Source: Macrostomum lignano | Lineage: Eukaryota | NCBI GenBank assembly: GCA_002269645.1 | Contig: NIVC01001898.1 | Location: 1 to 64,000 of the forward strand | Reading direction: 5' to 3' | DNA length: 64,000 nt | Shown: positions 58,215 to 64,000 of the stretch, in pieces | Layout of the letters: every line of letters starts with the position of its first letter | How positions within the stretch are numbered: the stretch's first letter is position 1 | Program-made: the position numbers and the translations under genes | Notes under the pieces: generated by a model | Told to the model about the DNA's origin: nothing | Databases searched by the model: none | Seen by the model: the letters and a program-made list of their open reading frames with translations, nothing else

Positions 58215-61200
58215 GTAACGACAGGAGTGAACAGACACGAGAGAGTGAGGAGTGAAAAGACACGAGAGAGTGAGGAGTGAAAAGACACGAGAGAGTGAGG
58301 AGTGAAAAGACACGAGAGAGTGAAGAGTGAAAAGACACGAAAGAGTGAGGAGTGAACACGAGAGAGGAGTGATGAGACACAAGAGAGGAGTGATGAGACA
58401 CAAGAGAGGAGTGATGAGACACGAGAGAGGAGTGATGAGACACAAGAGAGGAGTGATGAGACACAAGAGAGGAGTGATGAGACACAAGAGAGGAGTGATG
58501 AGACACAAGAGAGGAGTGATGAGACACAAGAGAGGAGTGATGAGACACAAGAGAGGAGTGATGAGACACAAGAGAGGAGTGATGAGACACAAGAGAGGAG
58601 TGATGAGACACAAGAGAGGAGTGATGAGACAAGGAGAGAAGTGATCGGAGACACGAGAGAGGAGTGGTGAGACACAAGAGAGGAGTGATGAGACAAGGAG
58701 AGAAGTGATCGGAGACACGAGAGAGGAGTGGTGAGACACAAGAGAGGAGTGATGAGACACGAGAGAGGAGTGATGAGACACAAGAGAGGAGTGATGAGAC
58801 ACGAGAGAGAAGTGATGAGACACGAGAGAGAAGTAATGAGACACGAGAGAGGTGTGATGAGACATGAGAGAGGAGTGATGAGACACGAGAGAGGAGTGAT
58901 GAGACACGAGAGAGGAGTGATGAGACACGAGAGAGAAGTGATCGGAGACACGAGAAAGGAGTGATGAAACACGAGAGAGGAGTGATGAGACACAAGAGAG
59001 GAGTGATGAGACACGAGAGAGGAGTGATGAGACACAAGAGAGGAGTGATGAGACACGAGAGAGGAGTGATGAGACACGAGAGAGGAGTGATGAGACACGA
59101 GAGAGGAGTGATGAGACACGAGAGAGGAGTGATGAGACACAAGAGAGGAGTGATGAGACACGAGAGAGGAGTGATGAGACACGAGAGAGGAGTGATGAGA
59201 CACGAGAGAGGAGTGATGAGACACAAGAGAGGAGTGATGAGACACGAGAGAGAAGTGGTGAGACACAAGAGAGGAGTGATGAGACATAAGAGAGGAGTGA
59301 TGAGACACAAGAGAGGAGTGATGAGACACGAGAGAGGAGTGGTGAGACACAAGAGAGGAGTGATGAGACACGAGAGAGGAGTGGTGAGACACAAGAGAGG
59401 AGTGATGAGACACGAGAGAGGAGTGATGAGACACAAGAGAGGAGTGATGAGACACGAGAGAGGAGTGATGAGACACGAGAGAGGAGTGATGAGACACGAG
59501 AGAGGAGTGATGAGACACGAGAGAGGAGTGATGAGACACAAGAGAGGAGTGATGAGACAAGGAGAGAAGTGATCGGAGACACGAGAGAGGAGTGGTGAGA
59601 CACAAGAGAGGAGTGATGAGACAAGGAGAGAAGTGATCGGAGACACGAGAGAGGAGTGGTGAGACACAAGAGAGGAGTGATGAGACACAAGAGAGGAGTG
59701 ATGAGACACAAGAGAGGAGTGATGAGACACGAGAGAGAAGTGGTGAGACACAAGAGAGGAGTGATGAGACACGAGAGAGGAGTGATGAGACACAAGAGAG
59801 GAGTGATGAGACACGAGAGAGAAGTGATGAGACACGAGAGAGAAGTGATGAGACACGAGAGAGGTGTGATGAGACATGAGAGAGAAGTGATGAGACACAA
59901 GAGAGGAGTGATGAGACACGAGAGAGGAGTGATGAGACACGAGAGAGGAGTGATGAGACATAAGAGAGGAGTGATGAGACACGAGAGAGGAGTGATGAGA
60001 CACGAGAGAGAAGTAATGAGACATAAGAGAGGAGTGATGAGACACGAGAGAGGAGTGGTGAAACGCGAGAGAGAAGTGATCGGAGACACGAGAGAGGAGT
60101 GGTGAAACAAGGAGAGAAGTGATCGGAGACACGAGAGAGGAGTGGTGAAACAAGGAGAGAAGTGATCGGAGACACGAGAGAGGAGTGACGAGACGAGAGA
60201 AAAGTGATGAGACACGACGGTGGGTGAGGACTCCTCAGTCTTACGAAGGTCTGCTTGAGAGGAGGCAGAAGATGAGATGGAGAGTAGACAAGAGCGAGAA
60301 TGGCATTAAAGCACAATGTGCTCAACACTACAGAGAAAATCGAGCAAAATTCACTGGTGGCCATGGACTCAGAGAGAACCTACTGCGAGCGAGAGCTGGA
60401 AAACAAGCTTAAAGTGCAAAAGAGAAGCAAGTAGAGCAAAAAATAAATTAGATGGTTGCAATTGCACAGCAAATATGACAGTAGATACGAGTCGGAAAGC
60501 TTAAGGTGATGAGACAAGGTGATGAGATGAGACACAAGAGAGGAGTGATGAGACACGAGAGAGGAGTGATGAGACACGAGAGAGGAGTGATGAGACACGA
60601 GAGAGGAGTGATGAGACACGAGAGAGAAGTGATCGGAGACACGAGAAAGGAGTGATGAAACACGAGAGAGGAGTGATGAGACACAAGAGAGGAGTGATGA
60701 GACACGAGAGAGGAGTGATGAGACACGAGAGAGGAGTGATGAGACACGAGAGAGGAGTGATGAGACACGAGAGAGGAGTGATGAGACACGAGAGAGGAGT
60801 GATGAGACACGAGAGAGGAGTGATGAGACACGAGAGAGGAGTGATGAGACACAAGAGAGGAGTGATGAGACACGAGAGAGGAGTGATGAGACACAAGAGA
60901 GGAGTGATGAGACACGAGAGAGGAGTGATGAGACACGAGAGAGGAGTGATGAGACACGAGAGAGGAGTGATGAGACACAAGAGAGGAGTGATGAGACACG
61001 AGAGAGAAGTGGTGAGACACAAGAGAGGAGTGATGAGACATAAGAGAGGAGTGATGAGACACAAGAGAGGAGTGATGAGACACGAGAGAGGAGTGGTGAG
61101 ACACAAGAGAGGAGTGATGAGACACGAGAGAGGAGTGGTGAGACACAAGAGAGGAGTGATGAGACACGAGAGAGGAGTGATGAGACACAAGAGAGGAGTG

Positions 61201-62258
61201 ATGAGACACGAGAGAGGAGTGATGAGACACGAGAGAGGAGTGATGAGACACGAGAGAGGAGTGATGAGACACGAGAGAGGAGTGATGAGACACAAGAGAG
61301 GAGTGATGAGACAAGGAGAGAAGTGATCGGAGACACGAGAGAGGAGTGGTGAGACACAAGAGAGGAGTGATGAGACAAGGAGAGAAGTGATCGGAGACAC
61401 GAGAGAGGAGTGGTGAGACACAAGAGAGGAGTGATGAGACACAAGAGAGGAGTGATGAGACACAAGAGAGGAGTGATGAGACACGAGAGAGAAGTGGTGA
61501 GACACAAGAGAGGAGTGATGAGACACGAGAGAGGAGTGATGAGACACAAGAGAGGAGTGATGAGACACGAGAGAGAAGTGATGAGACACGAGAGAGAAGT
61601 GATGAGACACGAGAGAGGTGTGATGAGACATGAGAGAGAAGTGATGAGACACAAGAGAGGAGTGATGAGACACGAGAGAGGAGTGATGAGACACGAGAGA
61701 GGAGTGATGAGACATAAGAGAGGAGTGATGAGACACGAGAGAGGAGTGATGAGACACGAGAGAGAAGTAATGAGACATAAGAGAGGAGTGATGAGACACG
61801 AGAGAGGAGTGGTGAAACGCGAGAGAGAAGTGATCGGAGACACGAGAGAGGAGTGGTGAAACAAGGAGAGAAGTGATCGGAGACACGAGAGAGGAGTGGT
61901 GAAACAAGGAGAGAAGTGATCGGAGACACGAGAGAGGAGTGACGAGACGAGAGAAAAGTGATGAGACACGACGGTGGGTGAGGACTCCTCAGTCTTACGA
62001 AGGTCTGCTTGAGAGGAGGCAGAAGATGAGATGGAGAGTAGACAAGAGCGAGAATGGCATTAAAGCACAATGTGCTCAACACTACAGAGAAAATCGAGCA
62101 AAATTCACTGGTGGCCATGGACTCAGAGAGAACCTACTGCGAGCGAGAGCTGGAAAACAAGCTTAAAGTGCAAAAGAGAAGCAAGTAGAGCAAAAAATAA
62201 ATTAGATGGTTGCAATTGCACAGCAAATATGACAGTAGATACGAGTCGGAAAGCTTAA
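58215..62258. repeat. 21-bp minisatellite (gagaggagtgatgagacacga/caa) containing a tandem duplication of about 1.7 kb that includes a unique segment of about 300 bp
   Basis: The unique segment at about 60205-60504 recurs at about 61959-62258 (offset 1754). Confidence 0.95.
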
Positions 62259-63537
62259 GGTTTATCTGCTTTAGCTGAAGCTGCCCAGCCCATTGTGAGT
62301 GTAGTTGAGTTGGGATTATTTTTCGGATGCACAATCGCTGCTTGCTATTACTAGCATAGCTGGCAAATGGAGTTGGGCAAATAAACAAGAGACGCAAAAG
62401 TGCACAGCTGCCAACCAACCGCGTGACTGGCCAGCCTTCTACATACTGGTTGATAACTTAGATGAACACAGACACAGACCAGCGCACCACTAATATGGTT
62501 GAATAGAAATTGGAATAAATTCTAGTCAAGGCATGGACTTCTAGACTAGAATTAGAATTAAATAGAAGCCCATTAGCTGGGGTTGGCAGACGCTACTATT
62601 TTGTGTTTTGTAAATTGTGTTGCTATTCTCTTCCGTTTGTAAACACGTAGGCTAGTTTAAAAGTACATTTCTTCAGTTTTGATGTTCGATTAGACGGAAA
62701 AAAAGATAAACGATGAATCGAGATAAGACAATGATGATTAGCGATTGAGATAAGATAGGCGTAAAGGTAAATTGATTTTAATTATGTGTACAATTGTACA
62801 TGCTCGATATTAATCTAAATATACTAAATCTCTAAGGTTTGTATGTTTGAATGCTTGCTTGTCCATGACCATAACGCTCTAGAGATTGCAATTCTTCACC
62901 GATTTTGATCGCGTTTTCGCCAAAAGATTTTTAATAATACAACTAAAAATTACCACCGAGAGCTTTGCATTTAATCGTGTACTTTTAGGTCGCAATAATA
63001 AACACCAGCGCAGGCCAGATTCCTCCCTAAACCCTCCAGACTAAAAGTGCGCGAACCGCGGGCGGCCCGGCCTCCCAGAGTGCCTTGGCCTCTCTAGCCC
63101 GAGAGCGGAGAATGAATGAGAAAAGGAACCCCCGGCTGTCTGAAATGGGGAGCTTGTTTATAACCCCTCCTGGCCCACGCCGCTGCTCTGCTACACCTCG
63201 CTAAGCAAGTAAGCCCCCCCCCCAGGCTGCGCAGGACCAGTTGTTATCGAGTATTAATAAAAGTACATTCCAGTAGCGTGTGACTCACTGCATAAACCGG
63301 CTTTCTCGGAGGTTTTTTTGGCTTTAGGAAAAGGTTTTGCTCTTCATATTAAACAGAATTTTGCGCGTGCGTGCGTTAGGCGATTAACCAGTTCGTAGAA
63401 TCTGGTGAATCGTACCCAAGCCTCTAAAAGTACGATGTACGAGCGTCGAACTATAGTTGCTACCTGATAACCTCACATACTAACTAGCTCGTAGTAGGGA
63501 TTAAACTACGAGTATAACTCTGGTTGAACTTTTGGCC

Positions 63538-63630
63538 TAGGGATGCCAAAAACCGTGCCTTTTTGAGAACCGGTTAACCGGTTTAAAAACCGTCGTTTAA
63601 GACAACCGGTTTTTAAAAACCGGTTTGGGC
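63538..63630. mobile_element. probable terminus of a hAT-type element
   Basis: TAGGGATG start followed by clustered AACCGG/CCGGTT subterminal motifs. No partner end seen in the window. Confidence 0.5.
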
Positions 63631-63837
63631 GTCAATTTTTTAAAAGAACAAAAATAAGCATAGAACTTACATACTATCAAAAATTCGTCTTATTTTAACG
63701 ACGGGGGTTGTTGCTGTTGTTGTTGCTGAAGCATGTCATTTTTCTTAACTTATATGTTCTATCTAAACTAACTAATGATTATGTCGTCAATTTGTGAATA
63801 ACGTGATTACGCGAACTTTCATTACGTGAACGTGATT

Positions 63838-64000
63838 ACGCCACCTGTCAGATGCAACCTTGCCCCCCTTGCCACCTGTCAGATGCAACCTTGCCACCCC
63901 CCTTGCCACCTGTCAGATGCAACCTTGCCCCCCTTGCCACCTGTCAGATGCAACCTTGCCCCCCTTGCCACCTGTCAGATGCAACCTTGCCCCCCTTGCC
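63838..64000. repeat. about 31-bp minisatellite (ccacctgtcagatgcaaccttgccccccttg), runs off the window
   Basis: Five copies visible. Confidence 0.92.

Noticed and set aside
58126-62118. Very long ORFs (up to 740 aa) on both strands
   Set aside because: They are translations of a stop-free 21-bp tandem unit (SHHSSLV / MRHERGV); no splice or domain support.

Overview
Eukaryotic (animal) genomic DNA. GC-rich, poly-Ala/Gln-rich coding exons alternate with AT-rich spacers and about 35 separate mini/microsatellite arrays, many of them filling introns. The style resembles the flatworm Macrostomum, but that is an inference only. Four spliced protein-coding genes can be reconstructed with phase-consistent splice sites. 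(1) A 10-exon TRIP12/UFD4-type HECT E3 ligase (ARM, WWE, HECT; +, 5897-21638) with a single 1-bp frameshift in the HECT domain. (2) A convergent gene of unknown family with possible Mab-21/cGAS-like motifs (-, 28078-25742). (3) A secreted trypsin-like protease with an N-terminal six-cysteine defensin/clip-like domain and a probable GC-AG first intron (-, 38984-32489). (4) A nuclear receptor with a ligand-binding domain but no zinc-finger DNA-binding domain, NR0B/DAX1/SHP-like (+, 43980-49846). Mobile DNA comprises three non-LTR retrotransposon remnants, a Tc1/mariner element with TIRs and TA TSD, two hAT-type MITEs with perfect 8-bp TSDs, one further hAT-like end and a possible tRNA-derived SINE. 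The most unusual observation is a 276-bp hAT MITE (3757-4032) carrying a 64-bp copy of the 28S rRNA segment that is the R2 retrotransposon/I-PpoI target site. Most long ORFs in the supplied track are artefacts of tandem repeats. No database searches could be run; family assignments rest on motifs recognised by eye.
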